Origin: Candidatus Uhrbacteria bacterium
Lineage (GTDB): Bacteria; Patescibacteriota; Patescibacteriia; JACPHY01
Direction: 5' to 3'
DNA: 64,000 nt
Assembly: GCA_016188355.1 (NCBI GenBank)
Contig: JACPHY010000002.1
Span: 596 to 64,595 of the forward strand
Below the pieces are notes generated by a model. The model ran no database searches and was not told the origin of the DNA. It saw only the letters and a list, made by a program, of their open reading frames with translations. Below are positions 36,717-46,684 of the stretch, piece after piece (position 1 is the stretch's first letter; each line of letters begins with the position of its first letter). A program made the position numbers and the translations under genes.

Positions 36717-39563
36717 TCACGGACAGGTCAACCCTTCATCGGTCTGACCGTCGCAATCGTTGTCGATGCGATCGCACTGTTCGACACCGCCAGCGGTGAG
36801 GAAGCATCCGTACTCGCAGCCGTTGTCGATGCGACCATCCACGTTGTTCCAGCCCGCACGGCAGCCGAGGTTTGCGCAGACGCCGCTCACGCAGGATGCG
36901 GATTGCACGTTCGGGAGCGCACCGCAGTCATTACCGCAACGGCCACAATGCCGTACGTCGGTCATGACGTCGAAATCCTCATCCGCTCGAGCATCGCAAT
37001 CGTCATCGAGTCCATTGCAGACCTCGGGCACGCGATCCTGCGCGCCCACGCACGATCCCCAGAGACGGCTCGGCAGGCATTCCTGCAGGCCGACATGGCA
37101 CGTGCCCACGCCGTTCAGGACCGGATCCACCCCACACGGCCGACGGTCGCCCGGCGTACAGGTGCACCCTTCGTCCACACTCCCATCGCAATCGTCATCG
37201 ATGAGATTGTCACAGACTTCGACCGGAGCGGGGCTCGGATACTGTGATCCCCCGATGTCCGCGGAGCATCGGAAGGCCACGGTGCCCGCACACTCGTATG
37301 CACCCATCCCGCACGCGCCGATGCCGCGACAGGGCGCTCCGATGAAGAACCCCTCATCAACCTGACCGTCGCAATCATCATCGATGCGATTGCAAAGCTC
37401 CGGCATGCCGGGACGCACGCTCAGCGTCGCGTCGTCGCAATCCCCCTCGCACGGCGTATAGCCGTCCATGTCCCCGTCCCGCTCGTTGAAGGGCATCGCG
37501 CCCGAGCAGTCATCATCGCGTCGATTGCACAGTTCCGTCACCGGCGACTGCGTGCCGACGCACGGACCCTGCGCGCCACTCACGCACGTCTGCGTACCGA
37601 GCCGGCAATCGCCGCGGCAGGTCTGCGTGGCCGTATCGCAAAATGGCGCAGGAGGACCGCACACGATGCGTGCCCCATCCTCGCAGGCACAGCCCTCATC
37701 GATCGATCCGTCACAGTCGTTGTCCCGCCCATCGCATTGCCGGGTCGGTCCATCCGCCGTATCCGGAGACGGCGTGCACTGGTATTCGCATCCGTTCGCC
37801 GAATTGCGATCCGCATCCACAAATCCGGAGAGGCACGCACCGAGGAGGCAGGTCTCCCGAGCACAGGTCGCCGCGGCATTCGGGAACGCACAGGCATTGC
37901 CACAGGCACCGCAATGCCGCACATCGGACGCCACGACACTCACCGGCGCGTCATCGACGACGCGATTGCAGTCGTTGTCGATACGGTCGCAGATGTCGAT
38001 CGGTGCCGGCGTCGGATACTGGGACGCACCCGGATCGGTCGAGCAACGGCTCAGGAAGAGACCCGCGCACTCGAACTGGCCGTCCGGACACGCACCGATA
38101 CCACGGCACGGGAAACCCACGAAGAAATCCTCGTCCACATCCCCGTCGCAATCGTCATCCGACCGATTGCAGGATTCGAACTGCGCCGGATTGGTGAAAC
38201 GATCGCGATCGTTGCAATCCCCCTCGCAGATACGATAGCCATCTCGGTCGGCATCGGCTTCGTTCGCCGGGACGACGCCATCACAGTCATCGTCCACGCC
38301 GTTGCAGGACTCGATCGCCGCAGGCGGCACCGCACCCTCGCAATCGTCCCACCGAGATCCCATCGTTTCCCCATTCTCGATCACGCACGTCTGGTGCCCC
38401 ATTCGGCATCGGCCCACCCCATCGAGCTGCCAATCTGGCGCACCGTCATTGTTCCGATCGGGCAAACCGCAAGGCCGCTGTTCGTTCGGAGTGCACACGC
38501 ATCCGTTGTCCGCCATGCCATCGCAATTGTCGTCGAGGAAATTGCCGCAAACTTCTGACCGCACCGGAATGACCGGACACTGCTCACAGCCATTGGACGT
38601 ATCCCCATCCAGGTTCCGCGCGTCCAACCGACAGCCGCGGAACTCGCAATGCCCATCCACGCACGCCACGTGCGCATTGGGGATACGCGATGCGCAATCG
38701 TTCCCGCAGCGACCGCAATGCAACGCGTCCGTCATGAGGTTGAACGTCTCATCGATCTGGCCGTTGCAGTTGTCATCGATGCGGTTGCAGATTTCGGTGA
38801 CCGTGGGACCGGTCGCGCCCTCGCACGTGCTCCAGGTGCCGTCCCGCTGGCAGGTCTGCACCCCAGGACTACATGCGCCCGCACCCGAACCGCATGGGCG
38901 ATCCGGTTCACCGAAGGTGCATTCGAATCCCTCATCCACCGCGCCGTCGCAGTTGTTGTCGTCGCCGTCCGAAATCTCGACGCCGCCATTCGTTCGGAAG
39001 CAGGCGTACTCACACCCATCGCTGAGCGCGAGATTGATATTGTGGAATCCATCCGCACAGGTGACGAGCGTACACACACCGGCCACGCAGGACGTGCCAC
39101 CCGGCGCGGCATGGGGAATCTGTCGATCGCAGACCAACCCGCAGCGACCACAATGCTGCGGATCGCCCGCAAAATTGAATCCCTCATCAGCCTGGCCGTT
39201 CCCGTTGTTGTCGATACCGTCGCACACCTCGGCACCACCGGGCACGCACTGGCTGCTCTGGCAGGAAAATCCAGAGGCGCAGTCGCGGTCTTCACGGCAC
39301 TGCACCATGCAGAAGCTGCCTTCGCCCGGAATCACGCGGCACACGAGTGGCGCCACGCAATCGGAATTCCGATGACACGGTACCCGGGCACCTCCCACCG
39401 TCGATGTGGGTACGCCATGATTGGTCGGCGTACCTCCACCTGCATCGGGCAGCACGAAACCGCCGGTCGTTGCATCACTCTTGCAGCCCACCACGCTGCC
39501 GCTCCATACCGCGGCCACGACGAGCGCAGCCAAGCGGCTGGACGCCCACGCACTCATTTGCAT
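36717..39563 (-). CDS. Cys-rich lipoprotein with ~13 MopE-like putative metal-binding repeats (C.....DDDCDG..DE)
   Basis: GGAGGTG RBS followed by ATG at 39563; lipobox-like SVVGC signal; repeated CNRIDDDCDGQVDEGF-type units. Confidence 0.7.
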   Translation of the reverse strand: MQMSAWASSRLAALVVAAVWSGSVVGCKSDATTGGFVLPDAGGGTPTNHGVPTSTVGGARVPCHRNSDCVAPLVCRVIPGEGSFCMVQCREDRDCASGFSCQSSQCVPGGAEVCDGIDNNGNGQADEGFNFAGDPQHCGRCGLVCDRQIPHAAPGGTSCVAGVCTLVTCADGFHNINLALSDGCEYACFRTNGGVEISDGDDNNCDGAVDEGFECTFGEPDRPCGSGAGACSPGVQTCQRDGTWSTCEGATGPTVTEICNRIDDNCNGQIDETFNLMTDALHCGRCGNDCASRIPNAHVACVDGHCEFRGCRLDARNLDGDTSNGCEQCPVIPVRSEVCGNFLDDNCDGMADNGCVCTPNEQRPCGLPDRNNDGAPDWQLDGVGRCRMGHQTCVIENGETMGSRWDDCEGAVPPAAIESCNGVDDDCDGVVPANEADADRDGYRICEGDCNDRDRFTNPAQFESCNRSDDDCDGDVDEDFFVGFPCRGIGACPDGQFECAGLFLSRCSTDPGASQYPTPAPIDICDRIDNDCNRVVDDAPVSVVASDVRHCGACGNACAFPNAAATCARETCLLGACLSGFVDADRNSANGCEYQCTPSPDTADGPTRQCDGRDNDCDGSIDEGCACEDGARIVCGPPAPFCDTATQTCRGDCRLGTQTCVSGAQGPCVGTQSPVTELCNRRDDDCSGAMPFNERDGDMDGYTPCEGDCDDATLSVRPGMPELCNRIDDDCDGQVDEGFFIGAPCRGIGACGMGAYECAGTVAFRCSADIGGSQYPSPAPVEVCDNLIDDDCDGSVDEGCTCTPGDRRPCGVDPVLNGVGTCHVGLQECLPSRLWGSCVGAQDRVPEVCNGLDDDCDARADEDFDVMTDVRHCGRCGNDCGALPNVQSASCVSGVCANLGCRAGWNNVDGRIDNGCEYGCFLTAGGVEQCDRIDNDCDGQTDEGLTCP

Positions 39564-39766
39564 GCGTTTCACCTCCCACCGCCATGCAGGCATTGCCCGC
39601 TGGCGTTTTCGGTAGTTGTGAAGGAAATGGTATTCCTGGAGCCTTCACACCTCTCTCCGGGAACGCCGTTACCTTACGGATCGCCGCCGAATGTGTCAAG
39701 GAACAAAAAAACGCACGATACAGCGAAAGAGAATCCCGGTACGCATCGCGTACCGGGATGATCCAT

Positions 39767-41698
39767 CTACTCACAGGGCACATGCGGCGGCGGCATCTCG
39801 ATCTCCGACACGAGCCGACCCCCACGATTGACCAGGCGACGCTTCGCCTGACCGCTCCGGAGGCAGCGCTTGATGCGCTCCTCCGGGCTCTCGACGCGAA
39901 GCACCGCACCCGCGGGAAGCGCTTCGAGCTCCTCAAGTAACCGCCCGACCCGCTCCCGCTGTTCGTGATACTTCGGCAGGCGCGCAAACTCCAAGAATCG
40001 ACGATACGCACGCGCTGCACGCAGATACGCATCCGCAGCATCCTGAGGCGCATGCGCATCCAATTCCGCACCCGCGAGCGCGCGATACGCATCACCCAAC
40101 ACCGCGAACATTTCCGGCTCCGTGAACTTCACCTGCTCCGCATATCGTGCGTACGCCGCGATCCGGAGATAGGGATCGCCCGCGGTCTCCGCACACCGCG
40201 CTCCAGCGAGATGCGCGCCCTCACTCCCGAATCCGATCGTTGCCGTAGTCACGAGCGTCTGATAATGCGCGAGCGCGGTCACGCAGTCCCCCATGTACTG
40301 TGTCCACATCACGAGGTGCGCACGCAGAATCGCATCCCGTGGATGCACCGCCAGCACCGTATTCGCCTCACGAATCGCATCGGCCACCGCCCCGCGATTC
40401 GCTCGTGCGATGATGTCCGCACGTACGCGCGCCGTCGGATCGAGTTCGGGTTCCGGTGAGGGCGCCGGCGGTGGAACGGAGGCAGGAATCGCTGGTGTGG
40501 GATGCACCCCAGCCACCGCCGCACCAACGCGCAACGGCGGATCTGCTGGCGCCGCCGTGCGCGTCGCCTTCGGTGCCGAAGATTCCGCCACCGCAGGAGG
40601 AGTCGCCTGCTGCTCCGCGAAATGAACCGCGGGGCGAAGCGCACGACAATGCTCGATAGGCCCGACCTCCACATCCCGATACTGCACGATGATCGATCGC
40701 TCATTCCTTGTCGCTGCACGAGTGATCAGCCGTCGCTCATACGATGCCGCGTCGCGCAGCTCGTGAATCGTGAAGCCATACCGCGTACGGAATGCCTCCT
40801 TCGTCCGCACCTGCTCGAAGGTCGCACGCAGATGCTCCCGCGCCATCTGCTGATGCGCTCCGGGGAGCACCACAATGAACCGGAGGACGGGGTCGGACGT
40901 GAGCAACGCGATCATCTCCACGAACGTGGCCACATCAAAGTCATCGTCGTACCAGAGCGGCTGATCCTTGCAGGTGGTGATCGTCTTGGGATCCCGTGCA
41001 GCGGGGGGAGGCGCGATCCGTCGCACCGCAACCGATGCATCCGGAGAACCGGGAATGGGCGGCGTTCGGTCATCGACCACCCCCGGCGCAGCGCCGGGAT
41101 CCCCGCCAGTCCCTGCGCCACTCGCATCCGCGATCACATACTCGCCATCCGATTCGGTCACCGTGATGCCCGGACCGTGGAGCAACGTGCGCGGCGCTCC
41201 CGGCGCGTCCGCGAACACCGCGTCGTGCTGCGGATGCGCGATCGCCGCGTCCAACTCCGCAACGTATCGTTGCGCCGGTGCAACGTAGTAGCGCTCCTGC
41301 GGAGGACGCTGCACGACCCGCTGGAGGTACCAAGCGTAGAACCCGCGCGCTTCCATGTTCGTTTCTCGCCGTTGCTCTGAATCCTGTTGCAGCTTCCCGA
41401 CTTCGTGTGCACAGCGCGCAATCCACCAGAGGACATCGGGATCTCGCACCGCCCCGGACTGCTCCTGGTACATCCGCAGCCCCGCACCGTAGCATTCCGA
41501 CCATCGGTCCTGGTGATAGAGCGCACGCAACTGCAGCCACGCCGCACTCCGCTCTTCTGCTCGTTGCGCATCGAGACGCGGGAGCGCACGCGCTCGAGTT
41601 CCGGCGCGCCGCCCCGAACCCGATGACGGCGTTTCCGCAGCCGCACCAGCAGCCACGCTCATGATCGCAATCCATACCATTCCGCAGACTTGTCGCAT
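39767..41698 (-). CDS. Hypothetical secreted protein (643 aa) with TPR-like helical segments
   Basis: Signal-peptide-like N-terminus; no confident domain assignment. Confidence 0.45.
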   Translation of the reverse strand: MRQVCGMVWIAIMSVAAGAAAETPSSGSGRRAGTRARALPRLDAQRAEERSAAWLQLRALYHQDRWSECYGAGLRMYQEQSGAVRDPDVLWWIARCAHEVGKLQQDSEQRRETNMEARGFYAWYLQRVVQRPPQERYYVAPAQRYVAELDAAIAHPQHDAVFADAPGAPRTLLHGPGITVTESDGEYVIADASGAGTGGDPGAAPGVVDDRTPPIPGSPDASVAVRRIAPPPAARDPKTITTCKDQPLWYDDDFDVATFVEMIALLTSDPVLRFIVVLPGAHQQMAREHLRATFEQVRTKEAFRTRYGFTIHELRDAASYERRLITRAATRNERSIIVQYRDVEVGPIEHCRALRPAVHFAEQQATPPAVAESSAPKATRTAAPADPPLRVGAAVAGVHPTPAIPASVPPPAPSPEPELDPTARVRADIIARANRGAVADAIREANTVLAVHPRDAILRAHLVMWTQYMGDCVTALAHYQTLVTTATIGFGSEGAHLAGARCAETAGDPYLRIAAYARYAEQVKFTEPEMFAVLGDAYRALAGAELDAHAPQDAADAYLRAARAYRRFLEFARLPKYHEQRERVGRLLEELEALPAGAVLRVESPEERIKRCLRSGQAKRRLVNRGGRLVSEIEMPPPHVPCE

Positions 41699-41796
41699 GA
41701 TGCTGCTCCTTTCTCTCTGCAGCGCACCAAAATTACTCCCATGAAACGAACCATCGGCACCGTAGCATGGAACAAATTACTTGTCAACAAACAGAA

Positions 41797-41823
41797 AGCA
41801 GCTGACCCGAGCTGGATCAGCTG
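41797..41823 (-). terminator. Intrinsic terminator after the IMPase-family gene (hairpin gcagctga...tcagctgc followed by TTTCTGTTTGTT on the minus strand)
   Basis: 8-bp stem plus T-rich tract read in the sequence. Confidence 0.6.
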
Positions 41824-41832
41824 CTCCATGCA

Positions 41833-42753
41833 TCACGCGATGCGCATTCCCTGCTCCGGAATGACCCTTCCACCACTCTGTCGCTCCCACTCCGGGAGGC
41901 GAGATGCATGCAGCACGACCGTCACCCGATCGGTACGATACGGCTGCGGCAGGATGTTCGGCGCATAGCGACGGAACTCGGTGCCCGTATGATTCGCCTC
42001 GAGGAACACGAAGCCCAGATGGCGCGAGATGCCCACGACCGGCGTGAGGTCCCACGGCGTCTGCATGCCGGGCTTCAAGAAATACGCACCCACCTCTCCC
42101 TTCCAGAGTCGTGCCATGCCGATCCCGATGCTCCCACCCTCAATCTCGTGCCCCGTGAAACATCCGGAGACCGCCACCGGACCGCACACCCGCGCCACCC
42201 AATCCGGATACACGTACAAGGGATCCCGCAGCAACGCGTATTGGGAATTGAGCGGACGCCCCTCCGGAATGCTCAGGGTCTCCGCAGTCTGGAAATCCGA
42301 GATGCGGTGCAGACGTGCAGAATCGGGACGATAGCCGTATATCTCCTCGGTGTTCACGTCACCCACGTACGCCGCGACCACCGCATTCGTGGCTCCCTGA
42401 TGCACCAACGCGAGCATCGTGCCCACGCCGTGCGATTGCCGACGATGGAATGCCTTGGTGCCATCGAGCGGATCGACTGTGAAGTAGTACGGCGTCTCCG
42501 GTTCGGGCGGCGAATCGCCACCTTCTTCGGCAACGATCCCGAACGTCGGGAAGCACTCCCGAATCGACTTCAGGTAGATCGCCTGCGCAGCGAGATCGGC
42601 GCTCGTCACGATGTCCTCTCCACCATCGTATCCCGGCTTCTGCCGTGCTTCGTACAGGACACGCTGCCGCCGGATTTCCATCAATGCGCGCCGCACCACC
42701 TCCTTCATGAAGATCCCAATCAGATGCTCGTTGCACTCCCCGAAACTCGACAT
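41833..42753 (-). CDS. Inositol monophosphatase / 3'(2'),5'-bisphosphate nucleotidase family protein
   Basis: DPLDGTKAF motif and overall IMPase-fold pattern. Confidence 0.75.
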   Translation of the reverse strand: MSSFGECNEHLIGIFMKEVVRRALMEIRRQRVLYEARQKPGYDGGEDIVTSADLAAQAIYLKSIRECFPTFGIVAEEGGDSPPEPETPYYFTVDPLDGTKAFHRRQSHGVGTMLALVHQGATNAVVAAYVGDVNTEEIYGYRPDSARLHRISDFQTAETLSIPEGRPLNSQYALLRDPLYVYPDWVARVCGPVAVSGCFTGHEIEGGSIGIGMARLWKGEVGAYFLKPGMQTPWDLTPVVGISRHLGFVFLEANHTGTEFRRYAPNILPQPYRTDRVTVVLHASRLPEWERQSGGRVIPEQGMRIA

Positions 42754-42785
42754 GGCGCTCTCCTTGCTCTCAGAAATGTGCCGGC

Positions 42786-43889
42786 TTAAAAGTATCGCAT
42801 GTACGCGGTATTGTCAAGCGATACCTCTGCTGCGGTCGCCGGCGATGCGTCGCGCTCCCATGGGAACTCTGGACGACCGAAATGCCCGTATGCCGCAGTG
42901 CGCTCGTAGATCGGCTGCCGGAGCCCGAGCCGTTCAATGATCGCGAGTGGTCGGAAATCAAACTCACGGCGAACCAGCGCGGAGTGATCATTGCCCGCTT
43001 CGTCTACCGCGGTCACCATGAGCGGCTCCGCGCGCCCAATCGCGTACGCGACCGATACGAGGCACGACTGCGCCAATCCCCGCGCGACCATCGCACGCGC
43101 CGCGCACCGCGCCATGTACGCCGCGGATCGATCCACCTTGGTGGGGTCTTTCCCGGAGAATGCGCCGCCCCCATGCGAGATGAGCCCGCCGTACGTATCC
43201 ACCATGAGCTTCCGACCGGTCAGTCCAGTATCCGCAGCAAATCCTCCCAGGACAAAACGGCCCGTCGGATTCACCAGGACCTCTACCCTAGACATTTCGC
43301 CAATCGTTGGTGCGATGAGCTCCCGGACGAGCGCGTCACGCATGTGGGACAGCTCGGCATCTGCGGTGTGTTGCGTGCTGATGAGGACCGTCATCACACG
43401 ATCACCCTGGAGCGTCACCTGCGCCTTCCCATCGGGCTGCAGCCAGGGATGTCGACCGCTCCGCCGGAGCGCCTCCAAGCCCCGCGTCAACCGATGTGCG
43501 AGGGTAATCGCCTTCGGCATGTACTCGGGCGTCGCATGCGTCGCATACCCGTACATGATGCCCTGATCCCCCGCTCCGCCTGTATCCACGCCCATGGCGA
43601 TATCCGGGGATTGCTGCACGATGTGCACGCGCACATCGAGATCATCCGCATACCCAATCGCACGATACACGCGACGCGCAATCGCCTCCGCATCAATGGT
43701 GGCGTGCGTGGTAATCTCCCCGCCAATAACGAGCAGCCCATGACTCCCGAACGTTTCCACGGCCACACGGCTCATCGGATCCTGCGCGAGACACGCATCA
43801 AGAATCGCGTCCGAAATCTGATCACAGACCTTATCCGGATGCCCGGACGTCACACTCTCTGCGGTCACGTACTCTGGAAAGCGCAACAT
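42786..43889 (-). CDS. metK: S-adenosylmethionine synthetase
   Basis: GHPDKVCDQISDAILDA N-terminus; GGGAFSGKDPTKVDRS motif. Confidence 0.95.
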   Translation of the reverse strand: MLRFPEYVTAESVTSGHPDKVCDQISDAILDACLAQDPMSRVAVETFGSHGLLVIGGEITTHATIDAEAIARRVYRAIGYADDLDVRVHIVQQSPDIAMGVDTGGAGDQGIMYGYATHATPEYMPKAITLAHRLTRGLEALRRSGRHPWLQPDGKAQVTLQGDRVMTVLISTQHTADAELSHMRDALVRELIAPTIGEMSRVEVLVNPTGRFVLGGFAADTGLTGRKLMVDTYGGLISHGGGAFSGKDPTKVDRSAAYMARCAARAMVARGLAQSCLVSVAYAIGRAEPLMVTAVDEAGNDHSALVRREFDFRPLAIIERLGLRQPIYERTAAYGHFGRPEFPWERDASPATAAEVSLDNTAYMRYF

Positions 43890-44035
43890 AACAAAAAAAG
43901 ACGTTCCCCCACACTGAGGAAGCGTATGCGCAGTGCATCGTTCCCCCGCAACGGGGCTGGCAGTGGCACCACTCCGCGGACGTTCCGCGAAAGGTTGCCG
44001 GCAGGATCATGGGGCCAGGTCCCTCCCCTGCACTC
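43890..44035 (-). promoter_or_regulatory. SAM-I (S-box)-like riboswitch in the metK 5' leader
   Basis: Minus-strand RNA reads GUGCA-GGGGAGGGACCUGGCCCCAUGAUCCUGCCGGCAACC-(CGCGGAacguCCGCG)-GAGUGGUGCCA-(CCCCGuugCGGGG)-UGCAC; this matches the SAM-I core GAGGGA-CUGGCCCGAUGA-GGCAACC-GGUGCCAA and the P1-P4 layout; a GGGGGAAcgUCUUUUUUU tract precedes the ATG. Confidence 0.7.
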
Positions 44036-44187
44036 GGGATTACGTATATTGTTCGACCACTTCGAACGTAGCATCCTCCCCACGGATCGACAATGTGGAT
44101 GACTCCCCCCACTTCCCCGCGCGCGGTGATACGTTATGCTGCCGAAGGCGGCATCGCTCGTTCACAATTCCACCAGCCGGAGGCACC

Positions 44188-45195
44188 ATGCAGTACCCGC
44201 GCCATATCATCAGCACGGAACAGTTCCTCGACCGCGACCTCCTCCAGGATCTCTTCACCCTCACCGATCACTACCGAGCCGCAGACGCGGAGCATGCGGT
44301 GCCGCGCCCGCTCGTCGGCAAGCTCATCGCCAGCCTCTTCTACGAAGCCAGCACCCGCACCCGCATGTCCTTCGAAGCGGCGATGCGAAAACTCGGGGGC
44401 GACGTCATCACCACGGAGAATGCGCGCAAGTTCTCCTCAGTTGCGAAAGGCGAAACGCTCGCCGACACCATCCGCGTCATCGGAGGATATGTGGAGGCGA
44501 TCATCCTCCGCCATCATCAAGAAGGTGCCGCCGAACGCGCCGCAACCGTTGCACCGGTACCCATCATCAATGCGGGTGATGGCGCAGGAGAACACCCCAC
44601 CCAGGCACTGCTCGATCTCTACACGATCCGATCGGAACTCAAACGACTCGATACGTTCCGCATTGCACTCATGGGAGACCTCCGCTACGGACGCACCATT
44701 CACTCCCTCGTACGCCTCCTCACGCAGTGCCCCAACGTGCACGTGTACCTCGTCTCGCCCGAAGCGCTTCGCCTTCCACCGCAGTACATCCACATCCTCA
44801 ACGCGCATGGCATCCCCTACAAGGAAATGATCTCCTTCGAGGAAGTGCCCCGCAATCTCGATGTGGTCTATATCCTCCGCATCCAGAAGGAACGCAAAAA
44901 ACACTCCGAGGGGCGTCGCTCCGCAGGGAAGGATCTCCACGAAAAAGCGGCTCCCTCCCCCGCAGCGCCCCACGTCCTCCACGATCAACTGCATTGTGCT
45001 CCGTACCGACTGGATCCCGAGGTGCTGGAACGCTGCGCACCGAACGCCATCATCCTGCACCCGCTGCCGCGCACGAACGAACTCGATCCTGCAGTGGACC
45101 GCAGCCCCCGTGCGGCGTACTTCCGACAGGCACGAAACGGCCTCTACCTCCGCATGGCACTCCTGAGTCGCGTGCTCGCGCCCAACCATTTCTGA
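44188..45195 (+). CDS. pyrB: Aspartate carbamoyltransferase catalytic subunit
   Basis: STRTRMSFEAAMRKLGG and HPTQALLDLYTI motifs; GGAGGCA RBS before ATG 44188. Confidence 0.9.
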   Translation: MQYPRHIISTEQFLDRDLLQDLFTLTDHYRAADAEHAVPRPLVGKLIASLFYEASTRTRMSFEAAMRKLGGDVITTENARKFSSVAKGETLADTIRVIGGYVEAIILRHHQEGAAERAATVAPVPIINAGDGAGEHPTQALLDLYTIRSELKRLDTFRIALMGDLRYGRTIHSLVRLLTQCPNVHVYLVSPEALRLPPQYIHILNAHGIPYKEMISFEEVPRNLDVVYILRIQKERKKHSEGRRSAGKDLHEKAAPSPAAPHVLHDQLHCAPYRLDPEVLERCAPNAIILHPLPRTNELDPAVDRSPRAAYFRQARNGLYLRMALLSRVLAPNHF

Positions 45196-45202
45196 CACGA
45201 AC

Positions 45203-45227
45203 GACTCCCCGAACATTCGGGGAGTCG
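45203..45227. terminator. Perfect 12-bp hairpin (cgactccccgaa ca ttcggggagtcg) between convergent pyrB and the membrane-protein gene
   Basis: Inverted repeat read in the sequence. Confidence 0.5.
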
Positions 45228-45244
45228 ATTGCGTGGCACGCGAA

Positions 45245-45976
45245 TCATCCCTGCGACACCACGGGTCGCACCGCCGTCGCGGAGGGTGGCGCCTCGATCG
45301 CTGGCACTGCTCGTGCGCGTCGGTGCCATTGATACCGCAACACCGCTACCGCGAGCACGGCGCCCATGACATTCATGAGGAGGTCGTTTGCCGTATCCGG
45401 TCCATCTCCCAATCGATTCGTGTGAAACAGCACGTCCTCGGCGTATTCCTCGAGCTCATACAGCACGCCTGCCGTAATACCCAACGTCACCACGGACAAC
45501 ATCCGAGGAGCATGTGGTGATGCTCGCCCATACCATTGCGCACGATCGCTCCACAGACCCAACACAAGTGTCGCCAGTGTGCTGCCGATGAGATGCGCGA
45601 CTTGATCATACCAGGACCATTGCACATACAACCGCAGGATGTCCCCCAACGCATCCACCATGACCCCAACCACGGCAATCGGCCACACGATCGCGGGATA
45701 CCGATAGCCGTAAGTTGCCAGCAGGAAGAACTCCGAGAGCTCCAGAAAACCCCACACCACCACCAACGTCGTGAACAATCCAATCCACGTGAAGGCGATC
45801 GGATACCGAAACGCCCCCAGCAATCCAATCCCCTCGAACACCAACAAGAGCGCGAATATGCCGCGCGCTCCGTATCGCACCCATTGTCCGATCATCGTCG
45901 GCCGGGCACGAAATTCCATACCGGCCGAGTATACCTGATTGCACGCCAACCGTCGAGCCATTGGCACCCCCAGCAC
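45245..45976 (-). CDS. Hypothetical polytopic membrane protein (about 6 TM helices)
   Basis: Hydrophobic helices; 3-nt spacing to the upstream nuclease gene suggests co-transcription. Confidence 0.5.
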   Translation of the reverse strand: MLGVPMARRLACNQVYSAGMEFRARPTMIGQWVRYGARGIFALLLVFEGIGLLGAFRYPIAFTWIGLFTTLVVVWGFLELSEFFLLATYGYRYPAIVWPIAVVGVMVDALGDILRLYVQWSWYDQVAHLIGSTLATLVLGLWSDRAQWYGRASPHAPRMLSVVTLGITAGVLYELEEYAEDVLFHTNRLGDGPDTANDLLMNVMGAVLAVAVLRYQWHRRARAVPAIEAPPSATAVRPVVSQG

Positions 45977-45979
45977 CCC

Positions 45980-46621
45980 TCATGGCGTGGACGGGAAGCG
46001 ATTCTTCCGCACCTGTTTTTGATATGCATCCTCTCCGCGGTCTGTCCGCACGCCACGGCAACTCGCCCAAAGCCCCCGCCCCTCCTTCCGTGCCGTGCGC
46101 ACGGCCGCGCGAATGTCTTCGGCGTGCGCCACGTTTGGTGGATACGTATACGCCGCAGCAAATCCCTGCTGTGCGAGCGCGAGATTCACGAACGTGCCGT
46201 CGACGAGATACACGTACCGGAGCATGCGGCCGTATTGATCGCGATCCTCCACATCCGCCACCAAACGCACCCGCTTCCCGTCCACAAACGCATGATTCGC
46301 CTGGGATGCTTCCGGACCAAAACACTGCACTGATTTGCGGGGATCGACCGTTTCCGGGGTATCGATACCGAGGTACCGCACCAATGCTCCACCTTCGAGC
46401 TCGATCGTATCTCCGTCAATCGCACGGACCACGAGTACCGTACCGTCCTGCGCTACGGGCGCGGGAGCAATCGCCGACACGGCAGTCGAACGCGCTGCAC
46501 GATCATCGCGATGCTGTAGCACCCCCAACACAAACACAACCATCGTCACGAGCATGGCAATGGATATACGCCACCCGCGCCGTTCGCACGATCGACCATG
46601 GATCATCTCCAGTAACGACAT
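45980..46621 (-). CDS. Secreted or membrane-anchored thermonuclease (staphylococcal nuclease, SNase family)
   Basis: VVRAIDGDTIEL...RYLGIDTPE and LVADVEDRDQYGRMLRYVYL SNase motifs; signal-anchor IAMLVTMVVFVLGVL; start placed at an internal Met. Confidence 0.7.
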   Translation of the reverse strand: MSLLEMIHGRSCERRGWRISIAMLVTMVVFVLGVLQHRDDRAARSTAVSAIAPAPVAQDGTVLVVRAIDGDTIELEGGALVRYLGIDTPETVDPRKSVQCFGPEASQANHAFVDGKRVRLVADVEDRDQYGRMLRYVYLVDGTFVNLALAQQGFAAAYTYPPNVAHAEDIRAAVRTARKEGRGLWASCRGVRTDRGEDAYQKQVRKNRFPSTP

Positions 46622-46684
46622 ACTCCATGAGGGTAACGCATGCTTTCCAGTTTTTTCTCCTGCGCTACACTGACCATACACCCT

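Noticed and set aside
36717-39563. Internal nucleotide repeats in the Cys-rich lipoprotein gene, checked as possible mobile or CRISPR-like repeats
   Set aside because: The repeats are in-frame protein repeats (DDDCDG units) with divergent DNA sequence, not interspaced direct repeats.
44100-44187. Possible PyrR-binding attenuator upstream of pyrB
   Set aside because: No match to the ARUCCNGNGAGGYU PyrR loop consensus was seen. The divergent region is better explained by the metK SAM riboswitch on the other strand.
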